Virus record (IMG/VR): IMGVR_UViG_3300017742_000005
Span: 1-62,070 of that record
Length of the DNA stretch: 62,070 bases
Strand: one strand, 5' to 3'
Source of the DNA: a virus
Lineage: Duplodnaviria > Caudoviricetes
Every line of letters starts with the position of its first letter. The first letter of the stretch is position 1. A program made the position numbers and the translations under genes. Below the pieces are notes generated by a model. It was not told the origin of the DNA and ran no database searches. It saw nothing but the letters and a program-made list of their open reading frames with translations. Below, in pieces: positions 8,583-17,699 of the stretch.

Positions 8583-10358
8583 ATGACAGCAGATCAAATA
8601 GAAAAAGAATTAGGTTGGGAACGTGGTGTTGATTATCCAGAATGGGGTCATACTGATGTTTACTTAAATACAATATCCAGAGGTTATTGTTTACCAGGAG
8701 AAACACCAAAAGATGCATATTGGAGAGTAGCAACAACAGTTGCAAATAGACTTAAGAAACCAGAAATGGCAGATAAGTTTATGAAGTACATTTGGAGGGG
8801 ATGGCTAAATCTAGCCTCACCTGTATTAAGTAACACTGGAACTGAAAGAGGTTTACCTATAAGCTGTTTCGGTATAGATGTAGCGGATTCAATAAACGAT
8901 ATAGGGCAAAAGAACCTAGAGTTAATGTTATTAGCTAAGCATGGTGGAGGAGTAGGAATATGCCATAATCAGATTAGGCCTGCAGGAGCTGCCATAACTG
9001 ATAACGGTACAAGTGACGGTGTAGTACCTTTTATTAAAATTAATGATTCTACAATTCTTGCTACTAATCAAGGCGCGGTAAGAAGAGGTGCCGCTAGTAC
9101 AAACTTAAGTATTGATCATGATGATTTTTGGGAATGGCTAGAAATCAGAGAACCTAAAGGTGATATTAATAGACAATGTTTAAATACTAATCAATGTGTT
9201 GTTATTTCTGATAAGTTTATGAGAAATGTTTTAGAAGGTGATTCTGAATCTAGAAAAAGATATGCGGCTGTACAAAGAAAAAGAAGACAGACAGGTCAAC
9301 CTTACATAATGTATAGAGGAAATGTTAATAAGCAAAACCCTGATGCATATAAGAGAAATGGACTGAAGGTTTTTATGACCAACATTTGTTCTGAAATTGT
9401 TTTACATACAGATGAAAATCACTCTTTCGTATGTTGTTTAAGTTCTCTTAATCTTTCTAAATATGATGAATGGAAAAACACTAATCTTATTTATGATGCT
9501 ACTTGGTTTCTTGATGGTGTACTTGAAGAATTTATCCAAAAGGCTAAATACAGAAAAGGTTTTGAAAATTCTGTAAGAACCGCTGAAAAGGGTAGGGCTG
9601 TAGGTTTAGGTGTATTAGGATGGCATACTTATTTACAGCAAAGAGGAATCGCATTTGAAGGTTTAGAGGCACAGTATGAAACTCGTAATATATTTTCTCA
9701 AATTAAAATAGAAAGTGAAAAGGCGAGCCGGGATCTTGCTGAAGAATACGGAGAACCTTTATGGTGCAGAGATACCGGTTTTAGGAATACTCACCTGAGA
9801 GCCGTAGCACCAACGGTTTCTAATTCTAAATTAGCGGGTGGTATATCTGCAGGAATTGAACCTGTACCTGCAAACATTTGGACTGATCAATCTGCTAAAG
9901 GAACATTTATTAGAAAGAACAGGCAATTAGAAGGTTATCTTGATAAAATTGGTCATGATAATAAAAAGGTATGGGATAAAATTATGGCTGACGGTGGATC
10001 TGTACAAGGATTAAAATTCTTAGATGATTGGTGTTTCTTAAAAGGCATCCTAATGAAATGTAAAGATGTTCCACAATACCAAGAAGGTGTTCCATTTAAA
10101 GATGTGTTTAAAACATTTAAAGAAATCAATCAATTAGAATTAGTAAAGCAAGCAGGCGTTAGACAACAATACGTAGATCAAGCAGTATCTTTAAATCTTG
10201 CCTTTCCTAAAGAAGCTACACCAAAATGGATTAACCAAGTTCATTTAGAAGCATGGAAGCAAGGAATTAAAACTTTATATTATATGAGAACTGAATCTGT
10301 ATTGAGAGGTGACATTGCTCAAAAGGCAATGGAAGACTGTATTAGCTGTGACGGATAA
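8583..10358 (+). CDS. nrdA: Ribonucleotide reductase class I alpha subunit, no ATP cone
   Basis: ISCF, TNICSEI, VCCLSS, APTVSNS, KTLYY, C-terminal CISC; likely start ATG 8583. Confidence 0.95.
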   Translation: MTADQIEKELGWERGVDYPEWGHTDVYLNTISRGYCLPGETPKDAYWRVATTVANRLKKPEMADKFMKYIWRGWLNLASPVLSNTGTERGLPISCFGIDVADSINDIGQKNLELMLLAKHGGGVGICHNQIRPAGAAITDNGTSDGVVPFIKINDSTILATNQGAVRRGAASTNLSIDHDDFWEWLEIREPKGDINRQCLNTNQCVVISDKFMRNVLEGDSESRKRYAAVQRKRRQTGQPYIMYRGNVNKQNPDAYKRNGLKVFMTNICSEIVLHTDENHSFVCCLSSLNLSKYDEWKNTNLIYDATWFLDGVLEEFIQKAKYRKGFENSVRTAEKGRAVGLGVLGWHTYLQQRGIAFEGLEAQYETRNIFSQIKIESEKASRDLAEEYGEPLWCRDTGFRNTHLRAVAPTVSNSKLAGGISAGIEPVPANIWTDQSAKGTFIRKNRQLEGYLDKIGHDNKKVWDKIMADGGSVQGLKFLDDWCFLKGILMKCKDVPQYQEGVPFKDVFKTFKEINQLELVKQAGVRQQYVDQAVSLNLAFPKEATPKWINQVHLEAWKQGIKTLYYMRTESVLRGDIAQKAMEDCISCDG

Positions 10359-10368
10359 AAAATAAATT

Positions 10369-11115
10369 ATGAAAGACTATACTTATATACTTGGTCCTTG
10401 TAGTATTGAAAACGAGGAAAACTTCTTAACTGTAGCAAAAGCTTTGGATGCTTGGATGGGAAATAAAAATTGGTACTTAAAAGGTTCTTTTGATAAAGCA
10501 AACAGAACTTCTATACATTCTGATAGAGGTCCTGGATTAGAAGAAGGGATGGAAATTATGAGAACGGTTAAGCACCATTATCCTAACATTAAAATTATAA
10601 CAGATATTCATGAACCTAGTCAGGCACTACCGCTATCTGAAGTAGTAGATGTTATTCAAATACCTGCATTCTTATGTAGACAAACTGATCTTTTAGTTGA
10701 ATGCGCTAAAAACTTTAATGTTATTAATATTAAGAAAGGTCAATGGTTATCAGCTGAGGCAATGGAACATGCAGTTACTAAGATAAAAGAAGTAGATCCT
10801 AATTGTGAAGTATGGGTAACTGAAAGAGGGTCTAACTTTGGTTATGACAGACTTATTGTAGATTTTAGAGGGGTTGATGTAATGAAACAATTTGCAGATA
10901 AAGTTATTTTAGATTGTACTCATTCAACACAAATGGCTGGGGATGGTATAACTGGAGGAAGTCGCAAATTAGCTAAGCAGTATTCACAAGCTGCAAAGAT
11001 ATTTGAATACGATGGAGCTTTTATTGAAACTCACCCAGATCCAGACAATGCAATATCAGATGCAGGAAGTCAAGTAGAATTAGATTGGTTAATTTCCAAT
11101 TTAGATAACATATGA
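10369..11115 (+). CDS. kdsA: KDO 8-phosphate synthase
   Basis: GPCSIE, KGSFDKANRTS, QIPAFLCRQTDL, KKGQW, ERG, DCTHS. Confidence 0.93.
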   Translation: MKDYTYILGPCSIENEENFLTVAKALDAWMGNKNWYLKGSFDKANRTSIHSDRGPGLEEGMEIMRTVKHHYPNIKIITDIHEPSQALPLSEVVDVIQIPAFLCRQTDLLVECAKNFNVINIKKGQWLSAEAMEHAVTKIKEVDPNCEVWVTERGSNFGYDRLIVDFRGVDVMKQFADKVILDCTHSTQMAGDGITGGSRKLAKQYSQAAKIFEYDGAFIETHPDPDNAISDAGSQVELDWLISNLDNI

Positions 11116-12182
11116 ATTTAGAAAAGATATTAGCAAATAGTCTTAAGACTGAAAACCATAAGTATTTTCATATTGAAGATTTAGGTGAATGGTCTAAAAA
11201 GGTTTTATCTAAAGGTTATGTTGAATATCAAACAGATGAAGACGGCAATGTAATTTCTTACGTAGCTTATTACAAAAATAAAAATAGTTATTTTATTACT
11301 ATGGTATGGACTCATCCTAACCATAGAGGTAAAGGTCTTTCTAAAAAAATTATTAAAGATATTGTAGATTCAACTGAACTTCCTGTTGACTTAGAAGTTC
11401 ATAAAGATAACCCTGCATATAACTTATATCGGATATTAAAGTTTGAAGCTGTTGATTTTAAGAATGACCAGATCATAATGAGGAGGTGTAAGAAGTTAGC
11501 TATAATGCAACCTTATATCTTTCCTTATGTAGGTTACTTTAGTTTAATTAATTCATCTGATAAAATTTTATTTTATGATGATGTTAACTTCATTAAAAGA
11601 GGATGGATTCACAGGCAAAGAATTCTCATAAACGGCAAGGATCATTTATTTACTATTCCTTTAAATAAACCATCACAAAATAAAAAGATAAATCAAATAG
11701 AAATATCTGAAAATGAAAGTAGAGTAAAAATTATAAAGAATATAGAAAATGCATACAAAAAGGCACCATACTTTAAAGAAGTTTTCCCAATTATTGAAAA
11801 AGTTATATTAGGTAAATATACACATATTGATGAAATGGCTATTTCTTCTTTAATTGCAGTATGTAAATATTTAAACTTAGAGATTAATTATGATAGGTCT
11901 TCAAAGGCTGATCCTAATTCACAAGGGCAAGAAAAGTGTGAAAGGTTAGCATCTATAACAAAGACACTAGGTTTTTCTAATTATGTAAATGTAATAAATG
12001 ACATGTATGATAAAGAAACTTTTAAAACAAAGGGTGTTAATTTATTCTTTAATGATCATAAAATAAAACCATATAAGCAATTCGGTAAACCTTTCGTATC
12101 TCATTTGTCAATTATTGATGTTTTGATGTTTAATTCAATAAGAGACGTTAAGAAATTAATATTATCATATCATATCATTTAA
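11112..12182 (+). CDS. GNAT acetyltransferase fused to WbqC-like protein
   Basis: N-terminal HPNHRGKGLS acetyl-CoA motif; C-terminal AIMQPYIFPYVGYF, YKKAPYF, LSIIDVLMF. Confidence 0.85.
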   Translation: MNLEKILANSLKTENHKYFHIEDLGEWSKKVLSKGYVEYQTDEDGNVISYVAYYKNKNSYFITMVWTHPNHRGKGLSKKIIKDIVDSTELPVDLEVHKDNPAYNLYRILKFEAVDFKNDQIIMRRCKKLAIMQPYIFPYVGYFSLINSSDKILFYDDVNFIKRGWIHRQRILINGKDHLFTIPLNKPSQNKKINQIEISENESRVKIIKNIENAYKKAPYFKEVFPIIEKVILGKYTHIDEMAISSLIAVCKYLNLEINYDRSSKADPNSQGQEKCERLASITKTLGFSNYVNVINDMYDKETFKTKGVNLFFNDHKIKPYKQFGKPFVSHLSIIDVLMFNSIRDVKKLILSYHII

Positions 12183-12184
12183 CA

Positions 12185-12192
12185 GATATATA
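12185..12192 (+). promoter_or_regulatory. Putative late promoter GATATATA
   Basis: Matches the RATAWATA motif found before structural genes. Confidence 0.5.
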
Positions 12193-12211
12193 ATAAAATT
12201 AGAAAACCAAT

Positions 12212-13099
12212 ATGTTACAGTCATATGATACTTATTTATTATTAGAATCTTTTATTGATGATAAAAACTTTGAAATATTAAATGAAAAGAATTTATCTAG
12301 TAAAATTAATAACGATATAAAATTTGCTGTGGTTATGCCAACTTACAAAATTAAGAGTGATGCTGGTGTACATAAGACAAGAGCAAATCATATGTCTTCA
12401 ATTGATGTTCTTAAGGATTCTTTAGGATCTATTAAAAATCAAAAATTTAAAAATTGGAAACTATTTATAGTTGGTGATAAATATGAAGATGATCAAGAAT
12501 TAAAAGATTTATTATCTTCTATGCTTAAGCCTGGTCAATACGAATATTTTAATTTACCTAAACCAGGTGAAAGAGAATCTAATATATCATCAGAAGAAAA
12601 GAGATTAACTGGAGGTATTAAAGCAGTTAATAAGGGATTAGATATGGCAGCATCTGCTGGCTTTAATTATATTACAAGATTAGATCACGATGATAAATGG
12701 GCACCTAATCATTTAGAGCTTTTAGCAAAAGCATATTCTCAATTTCCTAATCTAGGATTTGTATTTACACAAGGTAAGAAAAAGATAGATGCTACCAATT
12801 CCTCTGGTGGTTATATGATGATGCCAGATGCAACACCAGAATTAGATGTTAATAATAAAGGTTATGCAACCGGTCAAACTGCTGCTAGTTCTGTTTCATG
12901 GTGTCCTAAGTTAATAGGAAAATTTAAATATCGAGATGCTTCAGCGCAAAAAGGAACTGAACCAAAACAAAAGAAAACTATTGCCGGTGATGTTGATTTA
13001 TTTCAACGAATGATGAAAGCAATAAAAGATAAAGAACACAAATACATGTTTATACCTAAAATGACTGTGTATCACAGAAACAGAAAAGGTAAATTTTAA
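12212..13099 (+). CDS. GT2-family glycosyltransferase
   Basis: AVVMPTY, SIKNQ, NKGLD, RLDHDD (DxD), GDVDL. Confidence 0.85.
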   Translation: MLQSYDTYLLLESFIDDKNFEILNEKNLSSKINNDIKFAVVMPTYKIKSDAGVHKTRANHMSSIDVLKDSLGSIKNQKFKNWKLFIVGDKYEDDQELKDLLSSMLKPGQYEYFNLPKPGERESNISSEEKRLTGGIKAVNKGLDMAASAGFNYITRLDHDDKWAPNHLELLAKAYSQFPNLGFVFTQGKKKIDATNSSGGYMMMPDATPELDVNNKGYATGQTAASSVSWCPKLIGKFKYRDASAQKGTEPKQKKTIAGDVDLFQRMMKAIKDKEHKYMFIPKMTVYHRNRKGKF

Positions 13100-13134
13100 G
13101 TGAATATATATTAAAACAATAAAAAATAACTATT

Positions 13135-13311
13135 ATGGAAAAATTTGAAGAAATCAAAGCTCTTATTGAATCAGTAAGTGAAGATGTAGATAAATTCTAC
13201 GTAAAAGGAAACAAGGCTGCTGCCGTAAGAATTAGAAAATCAATGCAAGAAGTTAAAAATCTTGCACAAGAGCTAAGATTACATGTCCAAGAGACAAAGA
13301 ACAATATGTAA
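13135..13311 (+). CDS. 58-aa histone H1-like (Hc1 family) protein (not in ORF track)
   Basis: MEKFEEIKALIESVSEDVDKFYVKGNKAAAVRIRKSMQEVKNLAQELR; KGNKAAxxRxRK signature; AATATATA at 13103 and a downstream terminator. Confidence 0.8.
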   Translation: MEKFEEIKALIESVSEDVDKFYVKGNKAAAVRIRKSMQEVKNLAQELRLHVQETKNNM

Positions 13312-13330
13312 TTTTACATACCCTTCATTA

Positions 13331-13364
13331 AAAAGGACTATCTTTAACTAGGTAGTCCTTTTTT
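13331..13364 (+). terminator. Intrinsic terminator
   Basis: aaaaggactatct-ttaact-aggtagtcctttttt. Confidence 0.8.
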
Positions 13365-13388
13365 AGTTTTTATTGTCCTATTTACTTG

Positions 13389-13414
13389 AAACTATTTTAT
13401 AATCCTCTATATAA
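13389..13414 (+). promoter_or_regulatory. Bipartite promoter AAAC-N16-ATATAA heading the modification operon
   Basis: Conserved motif 20 nt upstream of the HAD start codon. Confidence 0.65.
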
Positions 13415-13434
13415 TAATAAATCAAACAGATTAT

Positions 13435-13986
13435 ATGGAAAAATGTTTAATATTAGATTTTGATGATACATTAGTTTCTACTATAGAAACTCATGCTGAT
13501 TCGTGGCGGCGTGCATTAGAAAGAGTCTTAAACAGAGATATACCGTTAAGTACTATAATGGCGGATATTAATTATGGTATGGATGTCCTTTTAAAGAAAT
13601 ACCAATTAAGTGAAGATGAATCCAAATTGGCACAAGATTATAAAAGGGAAATATTTTCAAAGAATCTTTATAAAACTAAAATTAATCAATTACTCTTATG
13701 GGTAATAAAAAATCATAAATTTGAAAAAATTATTATAGCATCAAATTCATCTAGAGAAAATGTAGATAGAATTATGTCGTATCATAATATCAGCCCTAAT
13801 TTGTTTGATATGATTGTAACAAGAGATGATGTAGTAAATAAAAAGCCACATTCTGATATGGCAGATTTAATTTTTAAAACATTTACTGAATATAAGCCTA
13901 AAGACTTTCTTATGGTTGGTGATTCAGAAGTAGATTCAACATTCGCACTTAAAAACAAAATGAAATGCATACTGGTAAAGTTTTAG
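13435..13986 (+). CDS. HAD-superfamily phosphatase
   Basis: LDFDDTL, ASNS, KKPH, VGDSEVD. Confidence 0.9.
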   Translation: MEKCLILDFDDTLVSTIETHADSWRRALERVLNRDIPLSTIMADINYGMDVLLKKYQLSEDESKLAQDYKREIFSKNLYKTKINQLLLWVIKNHKFEKIIIASNSSRENVDRIMSYHNISPNLFDMIVTRDDVVNKKPHSDMADLIFKTFTEYKPKDFLMVGDSEVDSTFALKNKMKCILVKF

Positions 13987-14711
13987 TAGGAAATAGTGGA
14001 GATAAGGTATATCTCCAAGATAACAAAGTTATTAAAGAAGCAGGCGTTTATCCTATAAAGTTTAAACAACAAATGGATTGGTTACAAAATTGTACTCATC
14101 CTAATTTTATAAAGATTAATCCAATATCAGATACTTCTTTTGAAATGAAAAGGTATCCTACTTGGTATGATAAAATTTGCGAGCAGCCTTTAATTAAATC
14201 AATTGATCAATTAGATAATCTTATTCATATAATAAACGACTTTGATGGATATGGTGCTGATGTAGATGTAAGATCTTATTTGGATAAATTAGAAGGAAGA
14301 ACCGGTTATCAGTATGATGGCGAATTAAATGCATCTTCTGGGTGGGGATTTGTACATGGTGATTTAACAGTAAGTAATATTTTATATGATAATGATTTTA
14401 TCTTTATTGACCCAAGAGGTACTGAAGAACAGAATTATTATGACTATGGAAAACTGATGCAATCCTTTGTAATGAAATATGAGGCCCATATATACAATGA
14501 AAGGAATTCTAAATACCTTAAGTTCTGTAGAGAAGCAGAAAACATAATGTATGAATGGTATGATGAATATCAATTAAAATTCTTTTTAGCAGTCCACTTA
14601 TTAGGAGCAGTACCTTTCTTTGAATTAAATGAAAGATATGAATTGGCTGGAATGTTCCTTAAAAAAGGTCATGAATTATTTGACGAATTAGAAATTAAAT
14701 ATAGCAAATGA
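13965..14711 (+). CDS. Aminoglycoside/choline kinase-like phosphotransferase
   Basis: HGDLTVSNI, FIDPRG, YDYGKL. Confidence 0.85.
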   Translation: MHTGKVLVGNSGDKVYLQDNKVIKEAGVYPIKFKQQMDWLQNCTHPNFIKINPISDTSFEMKRYPTWYDKICEQPLIKSIDQLDNLIHIINDFDGYGADVDVRSYLDKLEGRTGYQYDGELNASSGWGFVHGDLTVSNILYDNDFIFIDPRGTEEQNYYDYGKLMQSFVMKYEAHIYNERNSKYLKFCREAENIMYEWYDEYQLKFFLAVHLLGAVPFFELNERYELAGMFLKKGHELFDELEIKYSK

Positions 14712-15415
14712 GCAGAGTAAGAAAAGCAATTATCTTAGCAGCCGGAAGGTCTACTAGGTATGGATCAAATAAACTTATAGATCCAATTTTAGGAAAATCA
14801 ACAATTCAGTACTGTATTGAATTTTGTATTGAAAATGGAATAGAAGATGCATATGTTACTATAAGCAAATCTGACTTCTTTTTTAAAGGAAGGAATACTA
14901 AATTATCTCATCCTATTATTGAAAGTTTATCTAAGTATAAAGAAAAGATAAACATTTATTATGAATTTCAAAAGGATGATGAATATGGACCAGGTGCTGC
15001 AATTAAAGCATGGGAAGGTAAATTTTATGAACCTTTCTTATGTCTCTTTGGTGATAATTATTATCAAGGTAATATTGGTTTAGAATATCATGATCCAAAC
15101 AATACTGTAGTTACTTATAAGGATTATGAAACTAGAGCAAGGAATTTACAACTTGCTACTATCTTAGAAGATGTGGTTATTGAAAAACCTCATGGTGTAG
15201 TAAACGGAAGATACTTCTGTGGATATATGATATTTGGTAAAGAAGCATTTGATAACTTAAGCAGTATTAAATTATCAAATAGAAATGAATACGAAATTAC
15301 TCATCTTATAAACTCGATGGATAATTTAAAATTTGAAGAATTAAATATATGTTGGTATGACCTAACATATGAACAAGATAAACAAGTAATAGAAGACATT
15401 ATTCAAAATTGTTAA
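14708..15415 (+). CDS. Sugar-phosphate nucleotidyltransferase (RmlA-like)
   Basis: AIILAAGRSTR, LFGDN, IEKP, SNRNEYEIT. Confidence 0.9.
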   Translation: MSRVRKAIILAAGRSTRYGSNKLIDPILGKSTIQYCIEFCIENGIEDAYVTISKSDFFFKGRNTKLSHPIIESLSKYKEKINIYYEFQKDDEYGPGAAIKAWEGKFYEPFLCLFGDNYYQGNIGLEYHDPNNTVVTYKDYETRARNLQLATILEDVVIEKPHGVVNGRYFCGYMIFGKEAFDNLSSIKLSNRNEYEITHLINSMDNLKFEELNICWYDLTYEQDKQVIEDIIQNC

Positions 15416-15416
15416 T

Positions 15417-16682
15417 ATGAAAGAGAATGTAAAAAAGATTGGCTTTTTTAAATTAGGTAAAGCCATAAAGTTTAACGAAAACAGTTGGAGTGCAATCGGT
15501 GGTGATTGTGAACCTAAGCAATTAATTTGCTCAATTGCAAACCGAAACCCTAATATTGAATATTGGTTATTAAGCCCAAATGATTTAGGTAAGTTTAGAG
15601 CAAAACAAAAACCTAAAGTAGCTTCATTATTTGGACCTCCACCTACTGATGATCCAGTAGTTCCTAATAATATTAAGGAGTTTCATTCAACTATGAAAGA
15701 GAGAAAGTCTACGGATGAAACTGTTGAAATTATTCAAGGTTTAGATTTAGATTTTATTTTCTTTTATACTGGTCCAACAAGTACCGTTAATATTCCAGAA
15801 TATATTAATAAGAAAGATGGTACTGGTCAAGTTAAATCATTAGACTTCTTTAAGTATTATGCAGCTCCTATTATTAAATCGATGAATGAGTTGGAAAAGA
15901 AAGTTCCTATTGTAGGTTTACTTGTTGATAACCGATACGTTCTTGCATGTAAGGATTGGGGAATTAATAATAGACCAACTTATTACTTGGCACAAAATAC
16001 CTTTACTAAAGAAGAACAATATTTCTGCAACCCACCATTAAGAGATGTTAAGACTATTACATCAACCTATGAATATTCCGGTATTGAAACAGTATTCTTA
16101 TTAGATAAGAAAAGATATAATACTGATGAATTATTTAAAATGAAGAAGACTGATTCATTTATGATGCTACAGAATCAAGGTAAAGGATCAGGTGGAATGG
16201 ACCGATGGAATCCAGTAAAAGAGTACATTGTAGATCAAAATATTGAAACTGATATTTATGGAAAATGGGACGATGAGATTAAGGAAAAATATCCTAAATG
16301 GTTTAAAGGTGAAACTAGGATTGAAACAATGACTGATGAACTACTTGGTACCAAATATACATTCTGTGTTCCTATTAAAGAAGGTATGGTCACTTCTAAA
16401 TATGCGGAAATGTTGCATTATGGTATAATACCTTTCTTACACCCATCTTACGATACTGACTTTAATGTGTTTCCTGAAGGTCACTTCATTAGATGTAAAT
16501 CACCAGAAGATCTTAAAAAGAAAATTGAATTCTTAAATGCAAACCCAGAGCATTATAAGAAATTATTTTACAATCTCCAAGAAAAGTATCTTAAAGATTC
16601 TTATTATACCGGAGAGCATGTAGATAACAAAATCTGGGAAGCTTATGAACTTGTAACAAAAACTGAAACAATAAATGTATAA
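15417..16682 (+). CDS. GT-B fold glycosyltransferase, T4 beta-glucosyltransferase-like (candidate DNA glycosyltransferase)
   Basis: C-terminal DIYGKW...MVTSKYAEMLHYGIIPFLHPSYDT...SPEDLKKKIEFL parallels my recollection of the BGT C-domain (ITLRVWETM...FDT...ELIDRVNEL). Confidence 0.65.
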   Translation: MKENVKKIGFFKLGKAIKFNENSWSAIGGDCEPKQLICSIANRNPNIEYWLLSPNDLGKFRAKQKPKVASLFGPPPTDDPVVPNNIKEFHSTMKERKSTDETVEIIQGLDLDFIFFYTGPTSTVNIPEYINKKDGTGQVKSLDFFKYYAAPIIKSMNELEKKVPIVGLLVDNRYVLACKDWGINNRPTYYLAQNTFTKEEQYFCNPPLRDVKTITSTYEYSGIETVFLLDKKRYNTDELFKMKKTDSFMMLQNQGKGSGGMDRWNPVKEYIVDQNIETDIYGKWDDEIKEKYPKWFKGETRIETMTDELLGTKYTFCVPIKEGMVTSKYAEMLHYGIIPFLHPSYDTDFNVFPEGHFIRCKSPEDLKKKIEFLNANPEHYKKLFYNLQEKYLKDSYYTGEHVDNKIWEAYELVTKTETINV

Positions 16683-17697
16683 TTCCGAAACAAAAATCCT
16701 AGTCACCGGTGGTGCTGGGTTCGTTGGTACAAATTTTATTAACGATTTATTAAATAGAGGTCATAACCCTAAATGTATTGCCGTTATTGACAATATGGAA
16801 CACGGTACTTATATACCAAAGGTACATGACCAAATAGAAAATTTTCATAAAGTAGATATTAGAAATCAATATGTAGAAAACATTATTCAAGAATTTGCTC
16901 CTGATTATGTTTATCACTTTGCAGGTTTAGTTTCTATTTATGACTGTCATGAAGATCCGTATGAAGCTGTTGATAATAATATTCTAGGTAGTATTAATGT
17001 AATGAATGGCTGTGTAAAGGCTAATGTAAAAAGAATCATTTTTAGCGAAACTTCTGCTGTGTATGAAAACTGTGAAATGCCAGAAGCTGGGTTTAATGAA
17101 ACGCAATCAGATCCTACTACAATTTATTCTACAACAAAAGCATGCTTGGCATTATTAGCAGAATCATATCAGAGAACCAAAGGATTAAATTATACTGCAT
17201 TAAGATACTTTAATGTTGCTGGGCCACTACAGGATTATAATAGAACTATACCTCCAGTGTTTGCCGGATTTATTTTAAGAATTAAAGGTAATCATAACCC
17301 TATTGTGTTTGGGGATTATATGAAGGCGAGAGATTATATTGATGTATCTGATGTTAATGCATTTCATATTCTTTGTATGGAAAATGAAGACACTGCAAAC
17401 CAAACTTTTAATTTAGGAACTGGAAAAATGACAAATTTAATGGATCTTAAAAATATGATTGGGGAAATCATGGAAGTAGGTGAAGTACCTTTTGATCATT
17501 ATGATCCAATTGCAGGTGAAGCTCTAAATATCAGAGGAGATATTTCTAAAGCTAAATCAATGGGATGGGAACCTAAAAAAGATATTAGAGATACTATTAA
17601 AGAAACTATTGTTTACTTAGAAGAAGAGATTAAACAAGGTACAATTGATCCTCTAACATTTATGGAAGATTTAGAAATTGAAAAAGTAAAAATATAA
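16675..17697 (+). CDS. NAD-dependent nucleotide-sugar epimerase/dehydratase
   Basis: TGGAGFVG, YSTTK, LRYFNVAG, RDYIDVSD. Confidence 0.92.
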   Translation: MYNSETKILVTGGAGFVGTNFINDLLNRGHNPKCIAVIDNMEHGTYIPKVHDQIENFHKVDIRNQYVENIIQEFAPDYVYHFAGLVSIYDCHEDPYEAVDNNILGSINVMNGCVKANVKRIIFSETSAVYENCEMPEAGFNETQSDPTTIYSTTKACLALLAESYQRTKGLNYTALRYFNVAGPLQDYNRTIPPVFAGFILRIKGNHNPIVFGDYMKARDYIDVSDVNAFHILCMENEDTANQTFNLGTGKMTNLMDLKNMIGEIMEVGEVPFDHYDPIAGEALNIRGDISKAKSMGWEPKKDIRDTIKETIVYLEEEIKQGTIDPLTFMEDLEIEKVKI

Positions 17698-17699
17698 AT

